Source of the DNA: Bryobacteraceae bacterium
GTDB lineage: Bacteria; Acidobacteriota; Terriglobia; Bryobacterales; Bryobacteraceae
DNA length: 64,000 nucleotides
NCBI GenBank assembly: GCA_052325345.1
Contig: JBKQVG010000251.1
Location: forward strand, 1 to 64,000
Direction of reading: 5' to 3'
The translations under genes were made by a program, and so were the position numbers. Of this stretch, positions 1-10,330 are shown piece by piece. The stretch's first letter is position 1; each line of letters begins with the position of its first letter. Under the pieces are notes generated by a model that was not told where the DNA came from, searched no databases, and was given only the letters and a program-made list of their open reading frames with translations.

Positions 1-2241
1 GTAGATGTGCATGCCGTCGCCGCCGGTCGTCTTGGGATAGCCGGTGAGCCCGATGCGGTCGAGAATATCGTTCACCACCAGGGCAGCCGCCACGATTTTG
101 TCGAAACCGCACTCTTGCGGGTCCAGGTCGATCAGGAGAAAATCGGGCTGGTCGAGATGCGGCGAGCGGCTCAACCAGGGGTTGTGGTCGATGCAGCCCA
201 GGTTTACCAGGTAGAGCAGGCTGGCGCGGTCTTCCGCAAAGACGTACGAAATCGGGGCCGAGTTGTGGGCGGAGGGAATGCTTTCGGTGCGCAGCCAGGG
301 AGCGAAGCTTTCCCCCGCGCGCTTCTGGAAGAAATACTCGCCGCGAATGCCGTTGGGGTAGCGTTTGAGCGACAGCGGGCGGTCTTTCAGGTGGGGCAGG
401 ATCAGGCCAGCGACGTCGCTGTAATAGCTGAGCACGTCGCCCTTGGTGTAGCCTTCATCCGGATAATAAACCTTGTGAAGATTGGTGAGTTTGAGGGTGT
501 GGCCATCTACGGTGACGGTGGCCTCCTTAGCCTCGTCCTTCACCAGTTCACGCACCACCGCGCCGGCCGGCTTGTCTTGCCTCAAGCCGAGGTATACCGG
601 CGCGCGGAGACGCCGGTCAGGCGTCCAGTTGGCGAACTTTACCTGGCAGACCAGCTCGGGTTTCACCCAGGTCATGCCTGCATCGGGCGAAGGGCGGGGG
701 GAGAACGGGCAGACGGAGGTTTGGAGCGGTTTCAGGCGCGCCGCCAGGTCGTCGAGCGTCCGCTGGTCGAAGCCGGCGCCGACGTTGCCCACCCATTGGA
801 GCACGCTTTTTTCTTGCACCCCCAGCACCAGCGCGCCGAAGTGAGAGCGCGCGCCCCGCGGCGCGGTAAACCCTCCGATGACAAATTCCTGCTCGTGAAC
901 CAGCTTGATTTTGAGCCAGTCGCTGGAGCGCCGCGGTTCGTAGACGCTCGCGGCGCGCTTGGCCATGATGCCTTCCAGGCCGTTCTCACGGGCGGCTTCG
1001 AGCAGGGTTTCGCCGGTATCGGCCGGAAACGCTTCCGAAATCCGCAATATGCCACCGGGCGTCACCGCCTTTTCGAGCAGCGTACGGCGATCCGCCAGGG
1101 CGGCCCCGCGCAGATCGTAGCCATCCAGGTAGAGCAGGTCGAAAACGAAATACACCACCGGCGCCGCGTGCGCCATACGCGCCACGGCGCTCTCATCGGC
1201 ATTGGTGATGCGCGGCTGGATGAGGTGGAACCGCGCTACGCCCTTTTCGTCCAAGGCGGCGATCTCGCCGTCCAGCACAGCCTGGCGCGCCGCGATGTGG
1301 TGCGGGATGACGGCCAGCTCGGGATACTGGCGCTCGGAGCGGATGCCGTTTCGCGAAACCAGCCGCAGCTCTTCGTTATCGACGAAGGCAATGGCGCGGA
1401 CGCCATCCCACTTCACTTCCAGCAGCCAGTCGTCGCCGTGGGGCAGATGGTCGGCCAGCACGGCGGTCATGGGCTCGACGGCATCGGGCATGGAAGCCGC
1501 ACGCGCACCTGTTACACGGCTAAGGTTGCGTTTCTTGATAGCGGAGGGCTTTTTTTGAGCCGCGGCAGGGTTTGGCGCCGCAGCTTTCCGCGCCGGGCCG
1601 GTGCGGCCTGCCGGCCGGCTCTCCCAAACCCGATCGGCCGCGCCGGCGGTGGTCCGCTTGCTTGTGCGCGCCGGCAGGTTCCGCGCGATTTCCTCCTGGG
1701 TGCGGCCGGAACGTACGCTCTGCGCCTGCGCTTCCAGGTCCCATCCCGCTACGGCGAACTCGTCGCGCTTCTTGATCAGCAGCCATTCGTTGCCCTTGCC
1801 GCGCCCCTTCATGCGCACCAGGGCAAAGTTGCCGCGCAGTTTCTCTCCGTGCAGGTAGAATTTGAAATCGCCGCGGGCCAATTGTTCGCCAGCGGAGACG
1901 TCGCCCAGCAGGTCGAAAGTGCCGCGGTCCCACAACATCACGCTGCCGGCGCCGTAATTGCCGGCGGGAATGGTGCCTTCGAAATCGCCGTAATCGATGG
2001 GGTGGTCTTCGACCTGCGCCGCCAGGTGCTTCACGTTGGCGTCGAGCGTCGGCCCTTTGGGCACGGCCCATGACTTGAGCACGCCGCCGATCTCGAGGCG
2101 GAAATCGTAGTGAAGGCGGGTAGCGTCGTGCCGCTGGACGCAGAAATAATGTGGCGGGAACCGCGCGTGCTCCGCATCCGCCGGCCCCGGTTCCGGCGTT
2201 TTCTCGAAGCGGCGTTTGGCTGCGTACTCTTCGAGCGGCAT
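1..2241 (-). CDS. ligD: ATP-dependent DNA ligase LigD, multidomain (3'-phosphoesterase, ligase, polymerase/primase); the 3' end runs off the window
   Basis: Hand translation of the minus strand from the ATG at 2241-2239 stays open to position 1 (747 codons). It has no stop in the window, so it is absent from the ORF track. Motifs: MPLEEYAAKRRFEKTPEP...RHDATRLHYDFRLE...LKSWAVPKGP (phosphoesterase module), EVKWDGVRA (ligase lysine motif), LTNLHKVYYP...KTTGGDGMHIY (polymerase module). Divergent from ku. Confidence 0.9.
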   Translation of the reverse strand, partial: MPLEEYAAKRRFEKTPEPGPADAEHARFPPHYFCVQRHDATRLHYDFRLEIGGVLKSWAVPKGPTLDANVKHLAAQVEDHPIDYGDFEGTIPAGNYGAGSVMLWDRGTFDLLGDVSAGEQLARGDFKFYLHGEKLRGNFALVRMKGRGKGNEWLLIKKRDEFAVAGWDLEAQAQSVRSGRTQEEIARNLPARTSKRTTAGAADRVWESRPAGRTGPARKAAAPNPAAAQKKPSAIKKRNLSRVTGARAASMPDAVEPMTAVLADHLPHGDDWLLEVKWDGVRAIAFVDNEELRLVSRNGIRSERQYPELAVIPHHIAARQAVLDGEIAALDEKGVARFHLIQPRITNADESAVARMAHAAPVVYFVFDLLYLDGYDLRGAALADRRTLLEKAVTPGGILRISEAFPADTGETLLEAARENGLEGIMAKRAASVYEPRRSSDWLKIKLVHEQEFVIGGFTAPRGARSHFGALVLGVQEKSVLQWVGNVGAGFDQRTLDDLAARLKPLQTSVCPFSPRPSPDAGMTWVKPELVCQVKFANWTPDRRLRAPVYLGLRQDKPAGAVVRELVKDEAKEATVTVDGHTLKLTNLHKVYYPDEGYTKGDVLSYYSDVAGLILPHLKDRPLSLKRYPNGIRGEYFFQKRAGESFAPWLRTESIPSAHNSAPISYVFAEDRASLLYLVNLGCIDHNPWLSRSPHLDQPDFLLIDLDPQECGFDKIVAAALVVNDILDRIGLTGYPKTTGGDGMHIY

Positions 2242-2306
2242 AAATCCCTTTACATCCTAGCATTTGCAATGGACAGGCCGGTGTTGTATCTTGGAATTCG
2301 GCTGTT

Positions 2307-3167
2307 ATGGCTGCAAGCGTCTGGAAAGGTCAACTGACTTTCGGGCTGGTATCGTTTCCCATCCGTCTGTTCAGCGCCGCCCGCAGCGAAACCATCAGCT
2401 TCAATCAACTCCACAAAGGCGACAACTCGCGCATCCGCCAGGTGACATATTGCCAGGCGGAAGACAAGCCCGTACCGCGCACCGAACTCGTAAAAGGCTA
2501 CGAATACGAGAAAGACCGCTACGTGGTGATCGACGACGAGGACATCAAAAAGGTGGCGCCAAAAACCGCCAAGGTGATGGAGATCCTCGAATTCGTCAAG
2601 GCCGAACAGGTGGACCCTGTTTATCTCGAAAGTTCCTACTACGTGGCGCCGGACGAGGGCGGCGAGAAGCCCTATGCGCTGCTGTTCCAGGCGCTGCGGG
2701 AATCGAAATACTATGCGCTGGCTAAAGTAGCCATGCACAACCGCGAGCACATCATCGTGCTTCGCCCGGGGGCCAAGGGCATCCTTTCCCACACCATGTA
2801 CTATCAGGACGAAATCCGCCAGGTGGAGGAATTCCGTACCGATACGACGCTGGTGAAGGAAAAGGAACTGGAAATGGCGAAGATGCTGATTTCCACGCTC
2901 GAAGCCGATTTTGAGCCGCAGAAATATCGCGACGAGTACCGCGAGAACCTGCGCGCCATGATCGAAGCCAAGATCGCCGGCCGCAGCGTGGTGGAAACCC
3001 CGGCCGAACACGTGGCGCCGGTGATCGACATCATGGAAGCGCTCAAGAAGAGCCTGGCCGAGAAGCGCAAACCGGCGCAGGTGGCCACCGAAAGCGTGCC
3101 CGCCGAGGCTCAGGCCGAGGCCGCAATGCCCAAGAAACGCACGCGCAAGTCGGCGTCAGGCGGCTAG
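2307..3167 (+). CDS. ku: Ku DNA end-binding protein (NHEJ)
   Basis: MAASVWKGQLTFGLVSFPIRLFSA...VKGYEYEKDRYVVIDDEDI matches the bacterial Ku family. It has a basic C-terminal tail (PKKRTRKSASGG) and lies 65 nt from the divergent ligD. Confidence 0.95.
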   Translation: MAASVWKGQLTFGLVSFPIRLFSAARSETISFNQLHKGDNSRIRQVTYCQAEDKPVPRTELVKGYEYEKDRYVVIDDEDIKKVAPKTAKVMEILEFVKAEQVDPVYLESSYYVAPDEGGEKPYALLFQALRESKYYALAKVAMHNREHIIVLRPGAKGILSHTMYYQDEIRQVEEFRTDTTLVKEKELEMAKMLISTLEADFEPQKYRDEYRENLRAMIEAKIAGRSVVETPAEHVAPVIDIMEALKKSLAEKRKPAQVATESVPAEAQAEAAMPKKRTRKSASGG

Positions 3168-3445
3168 AGGTGGGACAGACGAGCGCCTCTTGCAATTGCC
3201 GTTCTCGGTCCGACTCCGTGAATCGCCAGAATTCCTTGGAGCCAAAGTAGCCGCTGCGGGCGTTACAGGCGCTGGCGCCGGTGGGCGACGCGATTCAGCC
3301 GTCGCCGGGCGCGGGCAGGCGATGTACTCCGGCGAACCAAAAGTTACCGCCTGGCAGGTGGCAATGGCGGGTCTGTACGGCAGAGTTAACCTTTCTTTAC
3401 CGCATCGGGCGCCAGGTTAAGCAGCCGGAGGCGTAACGTAAGTAT

Positions 3446-5236
3446 GTGGAGCTGCCGATAAAGAAAAGGGCCTCGATTTCGATCATGGCTTGGACCAAGA
3501 ACAGGCGGCAGGCCGCTCTCTCCTGGCTGTTCGTGTGCGCGCTGTTTCTGCTTTGCGGGATTTTGGGAGCGCTGCAGTATCGATCGATTGGCGATTTGAG
3601 CGTGGCCACTCGCAAAGATCTGAAAAACGGCCTTCTAACCAACCTGAACCGCCTGAGCCAGGACTTCAACGCCGAGATCGCCGCCGCTTGCCAGGCCGTG
3701 GTACCGGCCGACCTGTCCAGCCTACCGGCCATCGAACGGGACTTTGCCGCCCGTTATGCGCAATGGAGAACCACGGCGCGCCACGGCGCCTTGTTCCACC
3801 GCATCGCTTTCGCCGAGCCGCTGGCCGGGGGAGTGGTCTTGCGGGCTTTCGATCCCGCCACGGGCTCGTTCTCCACCATTGATTGGCCGGCGCAGTGGGC
3901 TTCCATCCGCGATTCGATTCTGGCAATTGCTTCTCCCGATTCGTGGCGGAAGCACGGCGCGCCGGCGCCGCAGCGCGAGCGGGGCCCCGGCCCCGAGGGA
4001 GAAGGGACCGCCTTCGGAATCCCGCTCTTTCGTCCGCGCCAAATCTCCGGGTTTCGCGGGCCTTTCCCCCGTCCGGAGGCCGCCTGGATGATCTTCGATC
4101 TCGACCAGTCCACCCTCGCCAGCCAGGTCCTGCCCGAGCTGGTGCAGCGTCACCTCGAGTCCGGCGGCGAACTGGACTACCAGGTGGAGGTACTGACCCG
4201 GGCACCGCCGCAAACTGTAATCTATCGATCCGACGCCAACCTGGGGAACAATTTTGCGCAGACCGCGGATGCTTCGGTGCGCCTGTTCGATCCGCAGGTT
4301 GTGCGCATGGTCGCCGGTGTACCGGGGGCGGCGCGCGGGCCGGCGCCTATGCCATGGGAGGGGCGGTGGCAAATCTACGCGCGCCATCGCTCCGGTTCGC
4401 TCGAAACCGTGGTGGAAAGCATCCGCCGCCGCAATTTGGCGGTAACCGCCGGCATACTGCTGCTGTTGTTGGTAACCGTGGTGGCGCTCGCCAATTACAC
4501 CCGCCGCGCGCAGCGTCTGGCCGAGTTGCAGATGGACTTCGTAGCCGGCGTTTCCCACGAGCTGCGCACTCCGCTCACCGCCATCCATACCGCGGCTTAC
4601 AATCTACGCGGCAAAGTGGCCCAGAACCCCGCCCAGGTCGAGCGCTACGGCCAGTTGATTCAACAGAAAAGCGGCCGCTTGAAGGAACTGGTGGAACAGG
4701 TTCTGCAGTTCGCCGGCTCCAAAGCCGGCCGCGTGATTCAGGAACGCGAGCCGATTTCGGTGGAGAGCGTGATCCTCGACGCGGTCGAGGCTTCGAGAGC
4801 CATTGCTCCGGTTGCGCAGTGCAACATTGAAACCAAAATCGAACCGGGGCTGCCCGCGGTGTTGGGCGATCCGCTAGCCCTCAAGCAGGTGCTCGAGAAC
4901 CTGATCGGTAACGCCGCCAAGTACGGCGCCCGCGAGGAGCCGTGGATCGGCGTGTCCGCCGCCAGGAATACCGGGCGTAAGGGCCAGATGGTGGAAATCC
5001 GCGTGGCCGATCGCGGCCCGGGCATTCCCAAGGACGAGCAGGCACGCATCTTCGAGCCCTTCTTCCGCGGCCGGCGCGCCTTCGCCGACCAGGTCCAGGG
5101 CACCGGCCTCGGCCTCAGCCTGGCGGAACGCATCGTCGAGGCGCACGGCGGCAGCATTCACGTCAAGAGCGAGCCCATGAAGGGCGCCGAGTTCATCCTC
5201 CGCCTGCCCGTGGCGCCCGCCGGAGCACCGGGATGA
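3446..5236 (+). CDS. Sensor histidine kinase
   Basis: H-box FVAGVSHELRTPLTAI, N-box LIGNAAKYG, G-boxes DRGPGIP and GTGLGLSLAERIV. Two hydrophobic segments flank a roughly 280-aa putative periplasmic region. The track start is GTG at 3446; the ATG at 3485 (MAWTKNRRQ) is an alternative. Confidence 0.85.
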   Translation: MELPIKKRASISIMAWTKNRRQAALSWLFVCALFLLCGILGALQYRSIGDLSVATRKDLKNGLLTNLNRLSQDFNAEIAAACQAVVPADLSSLPAIERDFAARYAQWRTTARHGALFHRIAFAEPLAGGVVLRAFDPATGSFSTIDWPAQWASIRDSILAIASPDSWRKHGAPAPQRERGPGPEGEGTAFGIPLFRPRQISGFRGPFPRPEAAWMIFDLDQSTLASQVLPELVQRHLESGGELDYQVEVLTRAPPQTVIYRSDANLGNNFAQTADASVRLFDPQVVRMVAGVPGAARGPAPMPWEGRWQIYARHRSGSLETVVESIRRRNLAVTAGILLLLLVTVVALANYTRRAQRLAELQMDFVAGVSHELRTPLTAIHTAAYNLRGKVAQNPAQVERYGQLIQQKSGRLKELVEQVLQFAGSKAGRVIQEREPISVESVILDAVEASRAIAPVAQCNIETKIEPGLPAVLGDPLALKQVLENLIGNAAKYGAREEPWIGVSAARNTGRKGQMVEIRVADRGPGIPKDEQARIFEPFFRGRRAFADQVQGTGLGLSLAERIVEAHGGSIHVKSEPMKGAEFILRLPVAPAGAPG

Positions 5237-5919
5237 GTTCGCGTATTCTCCTAATCGAAGATGAGCCCGATGTGGCTCTCACCCTTTCCGACCTCCTCAC
5301 CGGCGAAGGCTATCTCGTCGATACAGCCTACGACGGCGCCGCCGGCCTGGCGCGCGCCGCCACCGGGCCCTTCGACCTGATCGTGCTGGATGTCATGCTG
5401 CCGAAAATGAGCGGCTTCGAGGTGTGCCGCCAGTTGCGCCAGAGAGGCAAAGACGTGGCGATCCTGATGCTAACCGCCCGGTCGCAGCTTACCGATCGCG
5501 TGGTGGGCCTGCGGCTCGGCGCCGACGATTACCTTACCAAGCCTTTCGAGCCTCCCGAGTTGCTCGCGCGCGTCGAAGCCCTGCTGCGCCGCGTCAAGAA
5601 AGAAAAACTGCTCCAGATCGTCGAGTACGATTTCGGCCGCATCAACATTCACTTCGACCGCGCCGAGGTCCGGAAGGACGGCGCTCCCATCGCCCTCGCC
5701 GCCAAGGAATTGGATTTGCTCCGCTACCTGATCGACCGCCGCGGCAAGGTCGTGTCGCGCGAGGAATTGCTCGAAGGCGTCTGGGAATATCAGCCCGGCG
5801 TATCCAGCCGTACCCTCGATGTGCACATCGCCTGGCTGCGCCAGAAGCTGGAAGACAATCCGCAGAACCCGCGCTACATCCACACCGTGCGCGGCGTGGG
5901 CTATCGTTTCGCCCCGTGA
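5233..5919 (+). CDS. OmpR-family response regulator
   Basis: Receiver domain (ILLIEDEPDV...DLIVLDVMLPKMSGF) plus a winged-helix output domain (...IHTVRGVGYRF). The start overlaps the kinase stop (ATGA). Confidence 0.9.
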   Translation: MSSRILLIEDEPDVALTLSDLLTGEGYLVDTAYDGAAGLARAATGPFDLIVLDVMLPKMSGFEVCRQLRQRGKDVAILMLTARSQLTDRVVGLRLGADDYLTKPFEPPELLARVEALLRRVKKEKLLQIVEYDFGRINIHFDRAEVRKDGAPIALAAKELDLLRYLIDRRGKVVSREELLEGVWEYQPGVSSRTLDVHIAWLRQKLEDNPQNPRYIHTVRGVGYRFAP

Positions 5920-6078
5920 CCGAGGGCCGAAGACCGCCCAATGCCGATTATCGGCAGTTGCTTCGGCAAACGACGGACTAATGGCATCCCGAGCACCACA
6001 ATACCGATAGTCTTCCTGGAAACCGAAATGCACTTATGATTCCTTTCGCGGAATCTGAGACCGATATGAAGACAGCGA

Positions 6079-8391
6079 TTGATGACGAACCGCATTCCAC
6101 GCCGGCCCCAACCGGGGTTGACGCCAGGCGAATTCCATTCGATCGTCTCCTGCCTATTCATGGAATGGAACGGGCGGCTGATGCGCCGGGACGCGATCGA
6201 CCGGCTGGGCAACGCCGGAGTGACCACCTTCAACCCGGCTGTGAATTCGGCGGCGGATTTCAGGGGACAACGGGAGGCTTTGGAGATTGAAATGCCGATG
6301 GCCGGCATTTGCCAACGTCCAACGCCGTTCGTGGCGCCACCTGATAGCATCTTCCATGTGGGAGCTCCGGACGCGGTAATTTACAAGGCGCTTTTCGACC
6401 TGTCCCAATCGATCGCCGGCCACAGCGATTTGGAAACTCTCTGTAACTCCCTGGCGGGCTCGTTGCGCCGTGTCGTGTCGTTCGACTTTCTGGCACTGGT
6501 TCTTCACGATCCGGTTCACGATCAGCTTCGCCTGCTGGCGATCAGCGCGACCAGGCCGTACAAGGACAGGGAAATCGTCATTCCCACCGACGGCGACCAT
6601 GTCGGCGCGTGGATCTGGCGCGAGCAGAAGCCACTGGTGTTATCGCCGCTGGAGAACGAAACCCGATGGAGCGACGTGATCCGGGAAGCGCTGGAAGAGG
6701 GCATACGGGCGTTGACGCTGGTGCCTCTTTCGAATGGCGCTCGCCGGCTCGGGATACTCGGGTTCGGATTTACCGCGCCGTTCAAGCCCGACGACGAAGC
6801 ACTGGCATTTCTGCAGCGGGTCGCGTCGGAAGTGGCTGTTTCGGTGGATGGATATCTCACCAGGCAAGCGCTGCTGCGGGAACGGGACCGGACGAGAGTA
6901 TTGTTCGAGATTACCAATGCGCTGGTTTCCAAGCTGCCGATGGACGAGCTGTTCGCGGCGATATCCGAACAGCTCAGCCGCGTGGTGGCGCACGATTTCG
7001 CGGCTATGGCCCTGCTGGACAGAGCCAGCGGCGCAATCCATCTGAGCGGGCTGCACTCGCCGGGCGGCACGCCGTTCGAGCCCGACGAGGATTCGGCCCG
7101 GCCGGAAGGTCTTCCCGCCGGTGAGGCGCTGGCCACCGGGAAGCCGGTCATGACCGTTGGACTCGACTTCGAACGCTTTCCGTCTCCCGTTTATCGCAAG
7201 TATGTCGACCGGGGATTCCGCTCCAACTGTTCGATTCCGCTGGCCGGCGCCAACGGAATGTTGGGGGTCCTCGACCTGGCGCGGAGGAGCGGCGAACCGT
7301 TCACCGAAGACGAGGTGGATTTGCTGGCGCAGGTGGCGCGGCAGATTGCCATTGCCACCGAAAACTCGCTGGCTTACCGCGAGTTGTCGGAGATGAAGGA
7401 AAAACTGGCCACCGAGAAGGTGTATCTGGAAGACGAGATTCGCCTCGATCAGAACGTGGGGAGCATGATCGGGGAGAGCCCGGCGTTCCAGGCGGTGCTC
7501 AGGGGCATTCAGGTGGTGGCGCCCACGGACGCCACGGTACTCATCCAGGGCGAGACGGGGACCGGCAAGGAACTCGTAGCTCGGGCGCTTCACGACTTAA
7601 GCGGACGAAGTAAGCAGTCGTTTATCAAGGTGAATTGCGCCGCTATTCCTTCGAACCTGCTCGAAAGCGAGCTGTTCGGGCACGAGAAGGGCTCGTTTAC
7701 CGGCGCCTTCGCCCAGAAGATCGGCCGGTTCGAGCTGGCGCACCAGGGGACGCTGTTCCTGGACGAGGTGGGTGAGATACCTTTGGAACTGCAATCGAAG
7801 CTGCTGCGCGCTATTCAGGAGCAGGAGCTGGAGCGTGTCGGAGGCAATCGGACCATTCGGGTGGACGTCCGTTACATCGCCGCGACCAACCGCAATCTGA
7901 AACAAATGGTCGACGAAGGCAAGTTCCGCAGCGATCTCTACTACCGGCTGCATGTGTTTCCCTTGACGGTTCCGCCGCTGCGGGAACGCAGGGAAGACAT
8001 CCCGCTGTTGGTCCGCTTTTTCACGCAGAAACACGCCAAGCGGATGAACCGCCCCATCGAATCCATTCCCGCGCGTGCGATGGAAGCCTTGACGAAATAC
8101 GAATGGCCGGGCAACATCCGCGAGTTGCAGAACGTGATCGAGCGATCCGTCATCCTCAGCCCTGGCCGCGTACTCGAAATCGCGATTCCGGAAATTGCCA
8201 AGGCGTCTCCCCCTTCTCGCGGAACTGCTCGCCTGGACGAATCCGCCCAGCGGGATCAGATTCTGGAGGCTTTGCGGGAGTCTGGTGGAAAAGTCGCCGG
8301 CCCCGACGGCGCCGCGGTCCGGATGGGCCTTCGACGCACCACCCTGCAATCCCGCATGAAGAAGCTCAATATTGAGCGTCAATACCGGTAA
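6079..8391 (+). CDS. Sigma54-dependent transcriptional activator (bEBP) with N-terminal GAF-type sensory region
   Basis: AAA+ sigma54-interaction domain: Walker [24 protein letters not shown] (a GAFTGA-loop variant), and REDIPLLV. C-terminal Fis-type HTH ([19 protein letters not shown]). GAF-like segments lie upstream. The true start is uncertain (in-frame M at 6079, 6160 and 6292). Confidence 0.9.
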   Translation: MMTNRIPRRPQPGLTPGEFHSIVSCLFMEWNGRLMRRDAIDRLGNAGVTTFNPAVNSAADFRGQREALEIEMPMAGICQRPTPFVAPPDSIFHVGAPDAVIYKALFDLSQSIAGHSDLETLCNSLAGSLRRVVSFDFLALVLHDPVHDQLRLLAISATRPYKDREIVIPTDGDHVGAWIWREQKPLVLSPLENETRWSDVIREALEEGIRALTLVPLSNGARRLGILGFGFTAPFKPDDEALAFLQRVASEVAVSVDGYLTRQALLRERDRTRVLFEITNALVSKLPMDELFAAISEQLSRVVAHDFAAMALLDRASGAIHLSGLHSPGGTPFEPDEDSARPEGLPAGEALATGKPVMTVGLDFERFPSPVYRKYVDRGFRSNCSIPLAGANGMLGVLDLARRSGEPFTEDEVDLLAQVARQIAIATENSLAYRELSEMKEKLATEKVYLEDEIRLDQNVGSMIGESPAFQAVLRGIQVVAPTDATVLIQGETGTGKELVARALHDLSGRSKQSFIKVNCAAIPSNLLESELFGHEKGSFTGAFAQKIGRFELAHQGTLFLDEVGEIPLELQSKLLRAIQEQELERVGGNRTIRVDVRYIAATNRNLKQMVDEGKFRSDLYYRLHVFPLTVPPLRERREDIPLLVRFFTQKHAKRMNRPIESIPARAMEALTKYEWPGNIRELQNVIERSVILSPGRVLEIAIPEIAKASPPSRGTARLDESAQRDQILEALRESGGKVAGPDGAAVRMGLRRTTLQSRMKKLNIERQYR

Positions 8392-8422
8392 TCTCGGCAG
8401 TTCATCGGCAACTGCCGAGATT
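8390..8422. promoter_or_regulatory. 13-bp perfect inverted repeat (candidate bEBP upstream activating site and/or terminator of the activator gene)
   Basis: aatctcggcagtt (8390-8402) and aactgccgagatt (8410-8422) are exact reverse complements with a 7-nt spacer. The repeat starts inside the TAA stop of the activator and is centred about 75 nt upstream of the -24 element at 8481. Confidence 0.5.
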
Positions 8423-8480
8423 GACGCGAAGAACGTCGGCAACTAGCTTGTAAGTCCTTCATTTTAAGCTCGCTACACGA

Positions 8481-8496
8481 TGGCGCTCGCCTTGCT
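8481..8496 (+). promoter_or_regulatory. Sigma54 (-24/-12) promoter
   Basis: TGGCGC-TCGCC-TTGCT compared with the consensus TGGCAC-N5-TTGCW. The GG and GC dinucleotides are separated by exactly 10 nt. It lies 151 nt upstream of the MFS start codon. Confidence 0.6.
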
Positions 8497-8646
8497 GCTC
8501 CGCGTGGCGACAAGGAAAGGTGAGATGTTCCAAGACCCATCGCTATCGAATTGCCCGGCTGCGTTGCTGGTTGCCGTGCCTGCGTATGCGCGGACTGCCG
8601 TTGCGCCGCCGGAGTTGGCGCTCGCGCAAGCAACCGGGCAGCCGCA

Positions 8647-10224
8647 ATGAGCGCGCCTTCCATGCAGGACGGCGCGGCCGAGTGGTATCCCAGCGTAAAT
8701 CCGTGGCTGATCGCCATCGCGGTCATGGTGGCGACGTTCATGGAGGTTCTGGACACGACGATTACGTCGGTTGCGCTGCCAAACATCGCGGGCAGCCTGT
8801 CGTCCACCAACAACGAGGCTACCTGGGTGCTGACCAGTTACCTGGTGGCCAATGCGGTGGTGCTTCCCGCCAGCGGTTGGTTCGCCCTCCGCTTCGGCCG
8901 AAAGCGCTTCTTGCTGGCGTGTACCGGGCTCTTCACGGCCGCATCGTTCCTGTGCGGGTTGGCCCCGTCGATGCCGGCACTCATCCTGGCCCGGATCTTG
9001 CAAGGCGCGGCGGGCGGGGCTTTACAGCCGCTCTCTCAGGCGATTCTGCTGGAGAGCTTCCCGCGAGAGAGACAGGGGATGGCGATGGCGGCGTTCGGCC
9101 TGGGGGTCGTGGGCGCTCCGATCATAGGTCCGTTTCTGGGCGGATGGCTGACCGACAACTACTCCTGGCGCTGGGTCTTCGACATCAACATCCCCATCGG
9201 CGCCCTCGCGGTGTTTCTGATGGCGCGGTATGTAGAGGACCCGCCATATATCGAGAACGCGAAGCCGGGGACGATCGACGCAATCGGCTTCGGGCTGCTC
9301 ACCGTTTGGCTGGCCACTCTCCAGGTCGTCCTGGATAAGGGACAAGAGGCGGATTGGTTCGCCAGCGCGTGGATCACCTGGTTTAGCGTGATTTCGGCCG
9401 GGTCTCTGTTGGTGCTGATTGTGCGGGAGCTGCGCACGCCCGAGCCTATCGTGGACTTACACGTCTTTCGAGACCGGAATTTCTGGGTTGGCACGAGTAT
9501 CACGGCCATTATCATGGCGGCCGTGTACAGCGCCCTCGCGATGCTCCCCTTGTTCCTGCAGACACTGCTCGGTTATACCTCTCAAAGCGCCGGTCTTGCG
9601 ACGGCGCCACGAGGCATCGGCGCCATGATCGCGATGCCGCTTGTCGGCATATTGATGTCCTACGTGGACGGCAGGTGGCTGATGTCGCTCGGCGTCGCCT
9701 GTACCGCGGCAGCCACGTTGATGTTTGGGAACCTTACGCTCGATGTCTCGATGGGGAGCATTGTATGGCCCAACGTGTTACAAGGATTGGGTGTGGGATT
9801 TGTCATGGTCCCTCTCATGGCCATCTCGGTCGGGACGCTTTCCAGGGAGAAGATCGGCAACGCCAGCGGGATCTTCAACCTGATGCGTAACCTGGGCGGC
9901 AGTATCGGCATATCCGTCTCCACGACCTTCCTGGCGCGTATGACACAGATCCACCAGGCGAATCTCGTCAGTCATATGACGCCATACGATCCGGTGTTTC
10001 AGCAGCGGCTCTCCGCCCTCACTGCCGGGATGGGCCGGTACTCGGCAGAACCGCAGGCCCACCTACAGGCCTATGGGCTGCTTCACGGCATCCTGCTCCA
10101 GCAAGCCAACCTTAAAGCTTACGTGGACATGTTCCGCTGGACAGCGCTCATCATAGCCGCGTGCCTCCCGGCCATATGGCTGCTGAAAAAGGCGTTCACG
10201 AAGGGGAACGTGGCTATCCACTGA
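8647..10224 (+). CDS. MFS transporter, DHA2 (EmrB/QacA-like, 14-TMS) family
   Basis: WLIAIAVMVATFMEVLDTTITSVALPNIAGSL...LPASGWFALRFGRKRFLL...ARILQGAAGGALQP are typical DHA2 motifs. I place the start at the ATG at 8647 (MSAPSMQDG). The Cys/Arg-rich 32-codon extension in the track looks non-coding. Confidence 0.85.
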   Translation: MSAPSMQDGAAEWYPSVNPWLIAIAVMVATFMEVLDTTITSVALPNIAGSLSSTNNEATWVLTSYLVANAVVLPASGWFALRFGRKRFLLACTGLFTAASFLCGLAPSMPALILARILQGAAGGALQPLSQAILLESFPRERQGMAMAAFGLGVVGAPIIGPFLGGWLTDNYSWRWVFDINIPIGALAVFLMARYVEDPPYIENAKPGTIDAIGFGLLTVWLATLQVVLDKGQEADWFASAWITWFSVISAGSLLVLIVRELRTPEPIVDLHVFRDRNFWVGTSITAIIMAAVYSALAMLPLFLQTLLGYTSQSAGLATAPRGIGAMIAMPLVGILMSYVDGRWLMSLGVACTAAATLMFGNLTLDVSMGSIVWPNVLQGLGVGFVMVPLMAISVGTLSREKIGNASGIFNLMRNLGGSIGISVSTTFLARMTQIHQANLVSHMTPYDPVFQQRLSALTAGMGRYSAEPQAHLQAYGLLHGILLQQANLKAYVDMFRWTALIIAACLPAIWLLKKAFTKGNVAIH

Positions 10225-10330
10225 GCGGGCCCATCGCGCGCGAAGCCGCGTCGCACCATTGCGGAACATCTCCCTCACGTTGCGTGCCCACCGCCCGCTG
10301 TTGCGGAGCCATTTCAAGTACACTCAGGCT

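Noticed and set aside
7-2073. 688-aa plus-strand ORF (and the 249-aa ORF at 1520-2269, minus)
   Set aside because: Arg/Gly/Ala-rich sequence with no recognisable motifs. It lies antisense to, or out of frame with, a clean LigD reading frame, so it is a high-GC shadow ORF.
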